A stretch of 64,000 nt of DNA from an uncultured Roseovarius sp. (lineage in GTDB: Bacteria > Pseudomonadota > Alphaproteobacteria > Rhodobacterales > Rhodobacteraceae). The notes under the pieces were generated by a model, which made no database searches, was not told the origin of the DNA, and saw nothing but the letters and a program-made list of their open reading frames with translations. The stretch covers positions 265,597-329,596 of the forward strand of contig NZ_CANLER010000002.1 of assembly GCF_947489715.1 (NCBI RefSeq), written 5' to 3'. The position numbers and the translations under genes are program-made. Of this stretch, positions 30,331 to 41,050 are shown piece by piece. Positions within the stretch are counted from its first letter, which is position 1, and each line of letters starts with the position of its first letter.

Positions 30331-32376
30331 ATGAAATACGAGAACCTGACGCCGGTAGAAGTGCCGCCTTCCGATCTGCCATATGATGTCATTGACGAAG
30401 AGATTTATATTACCGTCTCAGATGGCACGCGGCTGGCGGCGCGCCTCTGGCGGCCGGTTGCCGACGAGGCCGGGACTTTTCCGGCGATCCTTGAATACAT
30501 CCCCTACCGCAAGCGGGACGGCACGCGGACGCGCGACGAGGAACAGCACGGCTATCTGGCCGCACATGGATATGTCTGCGCCCGTGTTGATATGCGCGGG
30601 TCTGGGGATTCCGAAGGCATCCAGATGGATGAGTACCTGCCCATCGAACAGCAGGACGGCCTGGACGTGATCGACTGGCTGTCGCGGCAATGCTGGAGCA
30701 ACGGCAATGTCGGGATGTTCGGCCTGTCCTGGGGGGGTATCACGTCGTTGCAAATGGCGTGCCACCGCCCCCCCGCTCTCAAGGCCATCGTGCCGGTCGG
30801 GGCCTCGGATGATCGCTATTATGACGATGGTTGTTACTTCGTCGGGGGCCTGGCAGGCGAGACGATTGGCTGGGGCGGTGTGATGTTCGGCTTCAACGGA
30901 CGACCCCCAGATCCGGAGCTTTACGGCGACGGCTGGCGCGATGCCTGGATGGCGCGCCTGTCTGAACCGCCGCTTTTCATGAAGACCTGGCTGGAGCATC
31001 AGCAGCGGGACGACTACTGGCTGCAGGGCACGGTCTGCACGGATTATTCGCGGATCGAAATCCCCGTCTATGCCGTGTCGGGCTGGACCGATTGCTGGCC
31101 CAATACAGTCATGCGACTGATGAAGAACCTTGGCTGCACCCGGAAAGGGCTGATCGGGCCGTGGTCACATCTTTTCCCGGATCGCGCGCTGCCGGGGCCG
31201 GGCGTCAACTTTCTGGACGAAATGCTGCGATGGTTCGATCACTGGCTAAAGGGGATAGAGAATGGCATCGAAGACGAGCCGATGCTTACACTCTACCGGC
31301 AGGAAAACGTCTCGCCCGATCCCCGGCACGCCTGGCGCGACGGGGTCTGGCTGGATGCAGAAAGCTGGCCGGATGCAGGCCTTACCTATCGCGAGCTTTA
31401 CCTGTCGCCCGCGGGAATTTCGGACAATCCCGCTGAAGGCACAATTTCAATCAACTCACCGCAATCTCTTGGTATGATGAGCGGAGATTACATGCCCCTC
31501 GACACGGATGCACGCAAGGCGCAGATGCCAGGCGAACAGCGGGGCGAAGATGCCGGGGCGCTGTGTTTCGACCTGCCCGTGCGCGGCGACCCTTTCGATA
31601 TCATCGGGACGTGTGTTGCCGAGTTCGAGGTCAGCACCGATGCGGGTAACGGGCTGTTGGCCGTCCGCCTGTGTGATGTGTCACCAGACGGGTCATCCAC
31701 GCTGATCACCTATGGCATCATGAATCTTGCGCAACGCGATGGCCGCGAGGTGCGGGCCGATGTTCAGCCCGGCACGCAGTATCGCGTTTCGCTGGAGCTG
31801 AACGATATCGCGCATCGCATTGCACCCGGGCACAGGCTGCGCGTCGCCGTTTCCAACGCCATGTTCCCCATGGCCTGGCCGGTGGCCGAGAACCACACGC
31901 TCACGCTCCACCTTGGCCATTGCAGGGTTCGGGTGCCACATGCTGATCTGGCAGAAAGCGATGAGTCGCGTGTCGTTTTCAGTAACCCCCGCATCGCGCA
32001 GGCCGCCCCGGTGGATGTTCCTGAGCCGGGCTCGCCCAGCCGGACCATCGAGGAAAACCTGAGCACGGGCAGGCGCACCCTGACGCTGCGCGAGGAGTTC
32101 GGGAATTACCACCTCAGCAGCGCGGATATCACCGTGTCGGGCTTTACCCAGGACCGGTTCGAGATCGGCGACCACGATGTGACGACCGCCCGCGCCGAAT
32201 ACGACTTTCGCATGTGCTACACCCGCGAGGGGTGGGATGTTGCCACCGAGGGCCGCATGGTGATGACCTGTGATACAAACACCTTCTATCTGCGTGGTGA
32301 GGTGCGCGCCTTTGAGGATGGTCGTGAAATCTATCGCCGCGACTGGGATGAGCGCATCCCGCGGAAAGGGTTCTGA
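30331..32376 (+). CDS. CocE/NonD family hydrolase (no signal peptide)
   Basis: YIPYRKRD, RGSGDSEG, GLSWGG nucleophile elbow, GPWSH; C-terminal jelly-roll region. Confidence 0.9.
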   Translation: MKYENLTPVEVPPSDLPYDVIDEEIYITVSDGTRLAARLWRPVADEAGTFPAILEYIPYRKRDGTRTRDEEQHGYLAAHGYVCARVDMRGSGDSEGIQMDEYLPIEQQDGLDVIDWLSRQCWSNGNVGMFGLSWGGITSLQMACHRPPALKAIVPVGASDDRYYDDGCYFVGGLAGETIGWGGVMFGFNGRPPDPELYGDGWRDAWMARLSEPPLFMKTWLEHQQRDDYWLQGTVCTDYSRIEIPVYAVSGWTDCWPNTVMRLMKNLGCTRKGLIGPWSHLFPDRALPGPGVNFLDEMLRWFDHWLKGIENGIEDEPMLTLYRQENVSPDPRHAWRDGVWLDAESWPDAGLTYRELYLSPAGISDNPAEGTISINSPQSLGMMSGDYMPLDTDARKAQMPGEQRGEDAGALCFDLPVRGDPFDIIGTCVAEFEVSTDAGNGLLAVRLCDVSPDGSSTLITYGIMNLAQRDGREVRADVQPGTQYRVSLELNDIAHRIAPGHRLRVAVSNAMFPMAWPVAENHTLTLHLGHCRVRVPHADLAESDESRVVFSNPRIAQAAPVDVPEPGSPSRTIEENLSTGRRTLTLREEFGNYHLSSADITVSGFTQDRFEIGDHDVTTARAEYDFRMCYTREGWDVATEGRMVMTCDTNTFYLRGEVRAFEDGREIYRRDWDERIPRKGF

Positions 32377-32400
32377 CGTGACGCATATGAGGGCACTCCG

Positions 32401-33336
32401 ATGATCGCCTACGCGATCCAGCGTATCCTTATTGCCATGCTGATCGTCCTTCTGGCCGTGACGACCCTCTTTGTGATGATCCAGTTCGTGCCGGGTGATC
32501 CGGCCAATGTGATGCTGGGACCCCGCGCCACACCCGAGCTGAAAGAGGCCCTGCGCGAACGGCTGCACCTGAACGATCCGTTTATCGTGCAGGTCTATCA
32601 CTTTTTCATCGGTGTCATGCGGGGCGATCTGGGCGTCGACCTCACATCGAACCGCCCTGTCCTGAACATCCTGATCGAACAGGTGCCCTATACCGCATCG
32701 CTGGTGCTGGCCGTCCTGCTGATTGCGCTTCTGGGTATCCCCATCGGCACCTATGCTGCGGTCCATCGCGACGGGCTATTCGATCAGGTCAGCGGTGTTG
32801 TGTCGGTGTCACTGATTGCCATTCCGCCCATCGTGATCGGGCTCTACCTCATTCTGATCTTTTCTGTGCAGTTGCAGTGGCTCCCGGCCATCGGCGCCGG
32901 TGAGGGCCCGTGGGAAATCATCCTCCACCTGATCTTGCCCACGCTGGCGATCGGCCTCACCTGGATCGGATATGTGTCGCGGCTTGTCCGCGCCTCGGTG
33001 ATCGAGGTTCTGGGGCAAAACCACGTCAAGACAGCCCGTGCCTTTGGCATCCCAAACCGCAGGGTCATGCGGGCCTATGTGTTGCGTGTCGCACTTCCGG
33101 CCACGGTAACCGTCCTGGGGGTCAGCATCGGCTTCATCCTGTCCAGCGCAGTGATCGTCGAGATCCTTTTCGCCCGGCCCGGCATCGGCAAGTTGATGTA
33201 TGACGCGGTCATCAGCCGGAACTATCCGGTGGTTATGGGCACCGTCCTGGCCAGCACCCTGTTCATTGTCACCGCGACAACCATCGCCGATCTTCTGAAC
33301 GTGATGCTCGATCCGCGCTCTAGAGAGGCGGGCTGA
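32401..33336 (+). CDS. ABC permease (DppB-like)
   Basis: PGDPA, GDLG, TARAFG (EAA loop) and RNYPVVMG motifs. Confidence 0.9.
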   Translation: MIAYAIQRILIAMLIVLLAVTTLFVMIQFVPGDPANVMLGPRATPELKEALRERLHLNDPFIVQVYHFFIGVMRGDLGVDLTSNRPVLNILIEQVPYTASLVLAVLLIALLGIPIGTYAAVHRDGLFDQVSGVVSVSLIAIPPIVIGLYLILIFSVQLQWLPAIGAGEGPWEIILHLILPTLAIGLTWIGYVSRLVRASVIEVLGQNHVKTARAFGIPNRRVMRAYVLRVALPATVTVLGVSIGFILSSAVIVEILFARPGIGKLMYDAVISRNYPVVMGTVLASTLFIVTATTIADLLNVMLDPRSREAG

Positions 33337-34205
33337 TGGCGCAGGGGATAAGCACACTCAGCCGCGGGGCACGCGCGGGTAGTTTGCTGCGTGCCCTGTG
33401 CAAGACGCCGCTTGGTGCGATCAGCGTGGTGATTGTGCTGACATTCTTCGCCGTTGGCATAACGGCCGATGTCATCGCGCCCTATGATCCGGTGAAACTT
33501 GATATCCGCGCCAAGCTGCAAGGCCCGTCGGCCGAGCATTGGCTGGGTACGGACCAGCTTGGCCGCGACGTGCTCTCCCGCTTGCTGGTGGGGACCAAGG
33601 TGGCATGTTTCCTGGCCGTTACCTCCGTGTCGATTGCCCTTGTTGTCGGCATTGTCCTTGGCATGCTCGCCGCCTTCACAAATCGCTGGATCGACTGGTC
33701 CATGCTGCTGATCTTCGACACGGTACGATCCTTTCCCACAATCATGTTCGCCTTGACGGTGGTGGCGCTCTTCGGGCCCAGCGTGAACTCGATCATTGCG
33801 ATTGTGGTGATCTCGACTTTTCCATCCTACGCTCGGCTGGTGCGGACACAGGTCATGTCCCTGCGCAATGCCGAATTCATCGAAGCACAGCGTGCGATGG
33901 GGGCCAGCACGGCACGCATCCTGCTGCGCCATATGCTGCCCAACGTGATCGGCCCGGTCCTGATCGTGGCCAGCATGGATATCCCGCTGGTGATCGGCGT
34001 CGAGGCCGGACTGAGCTTTCTGGGGCTGGGCGTGCGCCCGCCAACACCCAGCTGGGGCACGATCCTGAATGACGGTTTTTCCTTCATCCGCAACACGCCC
34101 TGGATCGTCATAGCAGGCGGCCTGCCGCTGATCTTCACCACGGTGGCCTTCACCACACTCGGGGAACGATTGCGCGATATTCTTGACCCGAAGCTGCGCA
34201 AATAG
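33336..34205 (+). CDS. ABC permease (DppC-like)
   Basis: HWLGTDQLGRD, EFIEAQRAMG, LSFLGLG and SWGTIL motifs. Confidence 0.9.
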   Translation: MAQGISTLSRGARAGSLLRALCKTPLGAISVVIVLTFFAVGITADVIAPYDPVKLDIRAKLQGPSAEHWLGTDQLGRDVLSRLLVGTKVACFLAVTSVSIALVVGIVLGMLAAFTNRWIDWSMLLIFDTVRSFPTIMFALTVVALFGPSVNSIIAIVVISTFPSYARLVRTQVMSLRNAEFIEAQRAMGASTARILLRHMLPNVIGPVLIVASMDIPLVIGVEAGLSFLGLGVRPPTPSWGTILNDGFSFIRNTPWIVIAGGLPLIFTTVAFTTLGERLRDILDPKLRK

Positions 34206-34212
34206 GTTCGCC

Positions 34213-35898
34213 ATGAGCACCCAGCCCCTCCTTGTCGATATCCGCAACCTGACCATCCGTTTCGGCGCGGTCGAGGCTGTCCGCTCGGTCACCATGCAGG
34301 TCGGTGCCGGGCGCATCATGGGGCTGGTCGGTGAAAGCGGATCGGGTAAGTCCACCCTGGCCAATGCCATCATCGGATTGCTGCCGCCCGCGGCAGAGAT
34401 CACGCAGGGATCGATGACATTTGAGGGGCGGGACCTGCTGTCCTTTTCCAACCGCGATTGGCAAAGGTTTCGCGGTCAGGGCGTCTCCTATGTCTCGCAG
34501 GATCCGATGAGCGCGCTCAATCCGGCGCTGCGCATCGGTGAGCAGATGCTCGACATCCAGCACTGGAACGACGGGGGCCGGCCCGAGAAGATGCAGGTGG
34601 CACTGAATGCGCTGAAACAGGTGAAGATGCCACAGGCCAAGGCGCGGCTGGGCATGTATCCGCACGAACTGTCCGGTGGGCAGAAGCAACGGGTCTGTAT
34701 CGCCATGGCGATCATGGCACGTCCGAAACTCTTGATCGCAGACGAGGCGACGACGGCGCTCGACGCCACGCTCGAAGTGGAGATCGTGAAACTGCTCAAG
34801 GAGCTGCAGCGCGATATCGGCTGCGCGATGCTCTTCGTGACGCACCATCTTACGGTGGTGGAGGAGCTATGTGAGGATGTGACGGTCATGTATCACGGCG
34901 ATATCCGCGAGAGTGGCACCGTTCAGGATGTCTTCTCGACCCCATCGGAAGCATACACCCGAAACCTTCTGTCCTGCGATCCCTCGCGGATCGAGGAGAA
35001 GTGCCGCCGCCTGCCGATCATGTCAGATCTGGGCCTCAAATCCATCGCTGATCCGGAACGTGACGCGGCGCGCATCGACCAAACTGCCAAACCACTCTTG
35101 TCGATACGCAACCTTGATGTAACCTTCCGCAAACCACGCAGCATCACCGACCTCATCAGTGGCACACCCGAACGCCGGGTCGAAGCGGTCAAGAGCGCTT
35201 CGATTGACATTTCACCAGGCGAAACCGTGGCACTGATCGGGGAAAGCGGCTCGGGCAAGTCGACATTGGCGCGCGCGGTGTTCCGTCTGGTGCCCGCCGG
35301 GCGCGGCGAGATTGAGTTTGACGGCACGGATCTTCTCTCTATCAGCCAGCGAGAGATGCGACCGTTTCGCAATGAAATGGCCATGATGCTTCAGGACCCA
35401 ATCGGCAGCCTCAGCCCGCGGATGCCGGTTGGCACATCCGTCATCGAGCCCCTGATCATTTCGGGCCAGTCCAAGGGCAAGGACCTTCGGAGTGAGGCGA
35501 TCAAGCTGCTCGAACTTGTGGGTCTCGACGAGGGTTTTGTGAATCGCTATCCACATGAGATGTCAGGCGGTCAGGCGCGCCGCGTCGGTGTGGCCCGTGC
35601 CTTGGCACTGCGCCCAAAACTGGTGATCGCGGATGAACCGACCGCGGGGCTGGATGTCTCGATCCAAGGCGAGATTTTCAACCTGCTGGCCGAGCTGCGC
35701 GAAACCATGTCCCTATCCATCCTGATCATCACGCACAACCTGCACGTCGTGCGGCACCTCGCTGACCGAATGGTGATCATGTATCACGGTGAAATCGTGG
35801 AAACCGGTCCGACCGAAGACGTCGTGAGCGCGCCGCAGCACAGCTACACCAAGGTTCTTCTGGCCGCCAACTTGCACGCGAAATTCGGCACCGGTTAA
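34213..35898 (+). CDS. ABC ATPase with two fused nucleotide-binding domains (DppD/F-like)
   Basis: GESGSGKS twice; LSGGQ and MSGGQ; ADEAT and ADEPT. Confidence 0.9.
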   Translation: MSTQPLLVDIRNLTIRFGAVEAVRSVTMQVGAGRIMGLVGESGSGKSTLANAIIGLLPPAAEITQGSMTFEGRDLLSFSNRDWQRFRGQGVSYVSQDPMSALNPALRIGEQMLDIQHWNDGGRPEKMQVALNALKQVKMPQAKARLGMYPHELSGGQKQRVCIAMAIMARPKLLIADEATTALDATLEVEIVKLLKELQRDIGCAMLFVTHHLTVVEELCEDVTVMYHGDIRESGTVQDVFSTPSEAYTRNLLSCDPSRIEEKCRRLPIMSDLGLKSIADPERDAARIDQTAKPLLSIRNLDVTFRKPRSITDLISGTPERRVEAVKSASIDISPGETVALIGESGSGKSTLARAVFRLVPAGRGEIEFDGTDLLSISQREMRPFRNEMAMMLQDPIGSLSPRMPVGTSVIEPLIISGQSKGKDLRSEAIKLLELVGLDEGFVNRYPHEMSGGQARRVGVARALALRPKLVIADEPTAGLDVSIQGEIFNLLAELRETMSLSILIITHNLHVVRHLADRMVIMYHGEIVETGPTEDVVSAPQHSYTKVLLAANLHAKFGTG

Positions 35899-36141
35899 AA
35901 CGCTTCGACGCAACTTTGCAGAGCTCCAGAGCTGAAAGGCCTGGCCGTGACCATCATCAGCGCTTGTAAGAAAAGTCATACGTTCATGCAGCTTTTAACG
36001 AGAGCTTCGGTGAAATGTACTGCACTGCCAAATGAGTGACGCTGCGCATATGAGGCGTTTTTACGCGCGCCTTGGCCACACCCGCACAAGTACCCTTAGC
36101 CCACCTGGCAGGTCAAAATGCTCTCGCTGACAAAGACGGCG

Positions 36142-36921
36142 TCAAACCGCGCGTTCGACCATCATTTTCTTGATCTCGGCGATGGCTTTGGCGGGGTTCA
36201 GACCCTTGGGACAGGTCTTGGTGCAGTTCATGATCGTGTGGCAACGATAAAGCTTGAACGGGTCTTCCAGATCGTCAAGCCGCTCACCCGTCGCCTCGTC
36301 CCGGCTGTCGATGATCCAGCGATAGGCATGCAGGAGCGCTGCGGGCCCAAGGTATTTGTCGCCGTTCCACCAGTAGCTGGGGCAGGAGGTCGAGCAGGAG
36401 GCGCACATCACGCATTCATAGAGACCATCCAGCTTTTCGCGGTCGTCAATCGACTGTTTCCATTCTTTCGCCGGGCGGTTTGTCTTGGTCTCAAGCCACG
36501 GCATGATTGACGCGTGCTGGGCGTAGAAATGCGTCAGATCCGGGATCAGGTCCTTGACCACGGGCATATGCGGCAGCGGATAGATCTTCACGTCGCCCTT
36601 GATCTCATCCATCCCATAGATACAGGCCAGCGTATTGATCCCGTCGATATTCATCGCGCAGGACCCGCAGATGCCCTCGCGGCAGGACCGGCGGAAAGTC
36701 AGCGTCGGATCAATCTCGTTCTTGATCTTGATCAGCGCGTCCAGAACCATCGGGCCGCAGCTGTCCATATCCACGAAATAGGTGTCTACGCTGGGGTTTC
36801 TGCCGTCATCGGGGTTCCAGCGGTAGATCTGAAACTTGCGGACATTGGTCGCGCCCGTGGGTTTGGGCCAGGTCTTGCCCGTCGTCATGCGCGAGTTCTT
36901 GGGGAGTGTCAGTTGTACCAT
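36142..36921 (-). CDS. sdhB: Succinate dehydrogenase iron-sulfur subunit
   Basis: [22 protein letters not shown] and [12 protein letters not shown] clusters. Confidence 0.97.
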   Translation of the reverse strand: MVQLTLPKNSRMTTGKTWPKPTGATNVRKFQIYRWNPDDGRNPSVDTYFVDMDSCGPMVLDALIKIKNEIDPTLTFRRSCREGICGSCAMNIDGINTLACIYGMDEIKGDVKIYPLPHMPVVKDLIPDLTHFYAQHASIMPWLETKTNRPAKEWKQSIDDREKLDGLYECVMCASCSTSCPSYWWNGDKYLGPAALLHAYRWIIDSRDEATGERLDDLEDPFKLYRCHTIMNCTKTCPKGLNPAKAIAEIKKMMVERAV

Positions 36922-36934
36922 TGTGTCAACTCCT

Positions 36935-37258
36935 TCATATGCCCAGCAAAGTGATGCTGTTTTCTGCAATACAGTTCACGGCCTCGGGGCGCTGAGCAAT
37001 CTCAACCACCTTGTTGACCGTTGATTCGGTTACGCCCGTGGCCGAGGCACTGGCGATACTTATGATTTCACCGGCGCTGGCCGCGTCGATGATGCAATCG
37101 GTGATGGGCGCAGCATTCACGCCCGGAAACCGGTTTGCGACGATGCCGTTGACCACCGATTTCGCCCGATCCCGCGCCACCACGTCCGCGGCCTCATTGA
37201 CCGCAGTGCAGGCGGTCAGCAGAGTGGCGGAAAGGGCCAATGTCGCGATCACACGCAT
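36935..37258 (-). CDS. Small hypothetical lipoprotein between sdhA and sdhB
   Basis: Lipobox LLTAC; two further Cys (TDC, VNC). Confidence 0.75.
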   Translation of the reverse strand: MRVIATLALSATLLTACTAVNEAADVVARDRAKSVVNGIVANRFPGVNAAPITDCIIDAASAGEIISIASASATGVTESTVNKVVEIAQRPEAVNCIAENSITLLGI

Positions 37259-37260
37259 CC

Positions 37261-38055
37261 TCAGTTCCCCACGCAATAAGACGTGCCACCATACAGGACG
37301 GAGGCGTGTTTCGGACAAAGACCGCTCGACCGTGTTGCCGGGCGTGCTGGCGCTGCAGCCACCGTGCTTCGTCGCGTCGTCGCGACCGAGCCGCTTGTCG
37401 GTGCCCGGCCAAGTGCACGATCCGCGCAGGCATTGATCCGTTCGGCTTTCTTGGGTGTGACCCAGCCGCTGGACAGAATACGAAGGACCGTGCCACCGCC
37501 ACTGCCCGGCTCAGCCTCGTAGATGCCGATGCGGGCCTTTCCACGCACACCCAGCCTGTCCTTGCAATTCAGGATCACGGCGCGCTGCCCTTCCGGCGAC
37601 ATGGTGGTGCGCGCGGTGCGGGGTGAGCTTCTGTTCACCGACCAGGAGCCATAGGCGGCTTCGGTCTTGCGCAGATATTCCGTCGCTTTGCCCAGAACCA
37701 GCACTTTACCCAGGCTTTCGGGCGTCGCCCCGATATAAACATCGTCAAAGAAGGTTTTCACCTGGCCCTTGGGAATGACGGGTTGCGGACCTGCGGTTCT
37801 CTCAACGCATTGATTGATTGCGATCGCGGTCGCCGAGGAGACCTTGGGCGAGGGAATGATCTCAATCTTGTTCGATTTGACTCCGCCGCCAGCCCTGTAC
37901 CGCCGGGCCAGGTTAACGGGCGGTGACACCCCGTTACTGGCCGCGCAACTCCACACCGTTTGCAGCTGTTTGTTGTATCTGGCGCGATCTTCCGGACTTG
38001 GGCCACAACCGGACAGCCCGACGGCAACCGCGAGCAAACAAAGGGCAATACGCAT
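37261..38055 (-). CDS. Hypothetical lipoprotein with two Cys-bracketed internal repeats
   Basis: Lipobox LSGC; ATG overlaps the sdhA stop (TGATG); two C-x45-C units. Confidence 0.72.
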   Translation of the reverse strand: MRIALCLLAVAVGLSGCGPSPEDRARYNKQLQTVWSCAASNGVSPPVNLARRYRAGGGVKSNKIEIIPSPKVSSATAIAINQCVERTAGPQPVIPKGQVKTFFDDVYIGATPESLGKVLVLGKATEYLRKTEAAYGSWSVNRSSPRTARTTMSPEGQRAVILNCKDRLGVRGKARIGIYEAEPGSGGGTVLRILSSGWVTPKKAERINACADRALGRAPTSGSVATTRRSTVAAAPARPATRSSGLCPKHASVLYGGTSYCVGN

Positions 38056-39860
38056 CAAAATGTCCGTTCCTTCGGGGCAATTTTCTTGAGGCTGATCCCG
38101 CCTTCATCTTCGGTGGTCAAAGGGTCTTCGATGATCGGACGATAGCTGAGATCGACTTTCTTGCCGTCGATCCGCGCAATGGTATGGACACGCCATTTCT
38201 TGTCGTCGCGTTTCGAGAAATCCTCATGCGCATGTGCGCCACGGCTTTCCTGACGCGCCTCGGCACCAGAGATGGTAGCCAGCGCGTTGGGCATCAGGTT
38301 GGTCAGCTCCAGCGTCTCCATCAGGTCCGAATTCCACACGAGGCTGCGGTCGGTGACCTTGATGTCGTCAAGCTTGGCGGCGATGGCATCCATCTTTTTG
38401 ACGCCCTCTGCCAACGTTTTCGAGGTCCGGAAAACCGCCGCGTCTTCCTGCATGGTCCGTTGCATTTCCAGCCGCAGATCGGCGGTCGCAGTGTCCCCAT
38501 CGGCGTTGCGCAGCCCGTCAAAGCGTTCGAAGGCCTTGTCGACCTGCCCGCTATTGGTGGCGGGCACCGCCGTATCGGCATCGACAACCTTGCCCGCGCG
38601 AATGGCGGCGGCGCGGCCAAAGACCACAAGGTCGATCAACGAGTTTGATCCCAGGCGGTTAGCACCATGAACACTGGCACACCCGGCCTCGCCCACGGCC
38701 ATCAGGCCGGGCACAACCGCATGCGGGTCTTTTTTCGTGGGGTTCAGCACCTCACCCCAATAGTTCGTGGGGATGCCGCCCATGTTGTAATGCACGGTGG
38801 GCAGAACCGGGATCGGTTCCTTGGTGACGTCCACGCCGGCAAAGATCTTGGCGCTCTCGGAAATACCGGGCAGGCGCAGGTTCAGCGCTTCGGGTGGCAG
38901 GTGCGACAGGTTCAGGTGGATATGGTCCCCCCCATCGCCCACGCCGCGCCCTTCGCGGATTTCCATCGTCATCGAACGGCTGACATAGTCGCGCGGCGCC
39001 AGGTCCTTGTACTGCGGCGCATAGCGTTCCATGAAACGCTCACCCTCGGAATTGGTCAGATAACCGCCTTCGCCGCGCGCCCCTTCGGTGATCAGACAAC
39101 CCGAGCCATAGATGCCAGTGGGGTGGAACTGCACAAACTCCATATCCTGAAGCGGCAGGCCCGCGCGGGCCACCATGCCGCCACCGTCACCAGTGCAGGT
39201 ATGGGCCGAGGTGGCGCTGAAATAGGCGCGTCCATAACCGCCCGTAGCCAGCACGACCATCTTGGCGTTGAACACATGCATGGTGCCATCGTCCAGCTTC
39301 CAGCACACGACACCGGTGCAGGCACCGTCATCCGACATGATCAGATCAATGGCAAAATATTCGATGTAGAATTCGGCATTGTTCTTGAGGCTTTGACCGT
39401 AAAGCGTGTGCAGAATGGCGTGGCCGGTACGGTCTGCGGCGGCACAGGTGCGCTGCACGGCAGGGCCTTCGCCAAACTCGGTCGTGTGGCCACCAAAGGG
39501 GCGCTGATAAATCTTGCCCTCTTCGGTGCGCGAAAACGGCACGCCGTAATGTTCCAGCTCATAGACCGCCTTGGGCGCCTCGCGCGCAAGATATTCCATC
39601 GCGTCGGTATCGCCCAGCCAGTCGCTGCCCTTGACCGTATCGTACATGTGCCACTGCCAGTGGTCGGGGCCCATATTGCTCAACGATGCGGCAATGCCCC
39701 CCTGCGCCGCGACCGTGTGCGAGCGGGTCGGGAACACCTTGGTCACGCAGGCGGTGCGCAATCCCTGTTCGGCCATGCCCAGCGTGGCGCGCAGACCCGC
39801 GCCCCCAGCACCGACGACCACGACGTCATAATCATGCGTCTCGTATTCGTAAGCAGCCAT
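38055..39860 (-). CDS. sdhA: Succinate dehydrogenase flavoprotein subunit
   Basis: [16 protein letters not shown] (FAD-His), QFHPTG and [11 protein letters not shown] motifs. Confidence 0.98.
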   Translation of the reverse strand: MAAYEYETHDYDVVVVGAGGAGLRATLGMAEQGLRTACVTKVFPTRSHTVAAQGGIAASLSNMGPDHWQWHMYDTVKGSDWLGDTDAMEYLAREAPKAVYELEHYGVPFSRTEEGKIYQRPFGGHTTEFGEGPAVQRTCAAADRTGHAILHTLYGQSLKNNAEFYIEYFAIDLIMSDDGACTGVVCWKLDDGTMHVFNAKMVVLATGGYGRAYFSATSAHTCTGDGGGMVARAGLPLQDMEFVQFHPTGIYGSGCLITEGARGEGGYLTNSEGERFMERYAPQYKDLAPRDYVSRSMTMEIREGRGVGDGGDHIHLNLSHLPPEALNLRLPGISESAKIFAGVDVTKEPIPVLPTVHYNMGGIPTNYWGEVLNPTKKDPHAVVPGLMAVGEAGCASVHGANRLGSNSLIDLVVFGRAAAIRAGKVVDADTAVPATNSGQVDKAFERFDGLRNADGDTATADLRLEMQRTMQEDAAVFRTSKTLAEGVKKMDAIAAKLDDIKVTDRSLVWNSDLMETLELTNLMPNALATISGAEARQESRGAHAHEDFSKRDDKKWRVHTIARIDGKKVDLSYRPIIEDPLTTEDEGGISLKKIAPKERTF

Positions 39861-39878
39861 TCGTAGTTACTCCGGTCT

Positions 39879-40250
39879 TTAAAGGGCGATCTTGGCGATG
39901 GCGAAAAGGCCGGTCGCCATGGCGCCATAGGAAAGGCAGGCCAGCAGAATGATGCAGACCTTTTGCGTGGTGCCGTGCACGTAATCCTCAAGCAGGACCT
40001 GCGCGCCATCGCGGAAATGCTTGAAGCCGACGATGATCGTCAGTCCCGCGATGATCGCCGGGAACGGGCGCGAGAAGATGTCCAGCACCTCGGCATGGGA
40101 TTTGCCAAGCGCGGGTCCAACCGTGAAGACGAATAGCGGCACCAGGATCAGCAGCGCCACGCTGGACAATTTCATCGCCCAGAAATGATGCACACCGGAT
40201 TTGGCAGACCCCATACCCACGGCGCGTTTGCGGTCAGTCAGATAGCTCAT
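39879..40250 (-). CDS. sdhD: Succinate dehydrogenase hydrophobic anchor
   Basis: GSAKSG, three TM segments, H...EDYVH motif. Confidence 0.92.
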   Translation of the reverse strand: MSYLTDRKRAVGMGSAKSGVHHFWAMKLSSVALLILVPLFVFTVGPALGKSHAEVLDIFSRPFPAIIAGLTIIVGFKHFRDGAQVLLEDYVHGTTQKVCIILLACLSYGAMATGLFAIAKIAL

Positions 40251-40262
40251 GTTCGGGCCTCC

Positions 40263-40646
40263 TCAGACGACGATGACAGTGAAAATGGTCAGGCAGACCG
40301 ACCCGATGATCACGGCCCAGCCCAGAGCTTCGGCCTTGTCGATCTCAAGCATCATGGCGTTGTCCCAGATCAGATGCCGGATACCCGCAAGCGAATGATA
40401 CCAGAGCGCCCAGACCGACAGGAACATGATCAGGTCGCCAAACCAGCTTGTGATCACCGCATCGGCAACGGCGAAATATTCCGGCGATGTGGCAGCAGCC
40501 AGAAACCACCAGACGATCATCAGCGCCGCCAGCAACAGGGCGTTGCCGGTGATCCGGGTCAGGATCGAACTCATCGATGTCAATTGCGGCCGGTAGATTG
40601 TCAGGTGTGGCGAAAGCGGGCGGTTGCCCCTGTTCACGTCAGCCAT
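40263..40646 (-). CDS. sdhC: Succinate dehydrogenase cytochrome b556 subunit
   Basis: RPLSPHLTIYRPQ, SILTRITG and YHSLAGIRHLIWD motifs. Confidence 0.94.
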   Translation of the reverse strand: MADVNRGNRPLSPHLTIYRPQLTSMSSILTRITGNALLLAALMIVWWFLAAATSPEYFAVADAVITSWFGDLIMFLSVWALWYHSLAGIRHLIWDNAMMLEIDKAEALGWAVIIGSVCLTIFTVIVV

Positions 40647-40786
40647 ATATCGCTCCCATTCTTGTCGCGGTATGGGGATATGCCACAGGCCGGGCACCCC
40701 TATTAGGGCGCCATACTAACGAGACTGACGCGCTTGCCCAGCCCTATTTCCCGGGCTTCAATGGCAAATTGTCGCGAAATATCAGT

Positions 40787-40820
40787 TTTGTGATCACGTC
40801 ATTTGTGCTGTGATCACAAA
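40787..40820. promoter_or_regulatory. Paired TGTGATCAC(A/G) palindromes upstream of sdhC
   Basis: ttTGTGATCACg-10 nt-TGTGATCACAaa. Confidence 0.65.
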
Positions 40821-41050
40821 TATCGCCCATCAGGGTAAATCACCGAAAAAAGCCGAATCTACCGGCACAACCGCATCGAATGGCAGCGCCGCTTTGGGCG
40901 CACCACCCTCGGCAACGCGGCCTGTCACCAGATCAGGCCCCTGAAATGCTGCTGTGACAGCTCGTGATTTCGGTGCATTTTTACGGCGGGATGTCTTAGA
41001 ACGCGCAGGCCGGTCTGGCCATTTTCACACTGAGCCAGGCGGCGCATGAT

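Noticed and set aside
27462-36141. Integrase-type genomic island with att direct repeats around the XRE/ABC/CocE module
   Set aside because: No recombinase, tRNA anchor or convincing direct repeat found at the two edges
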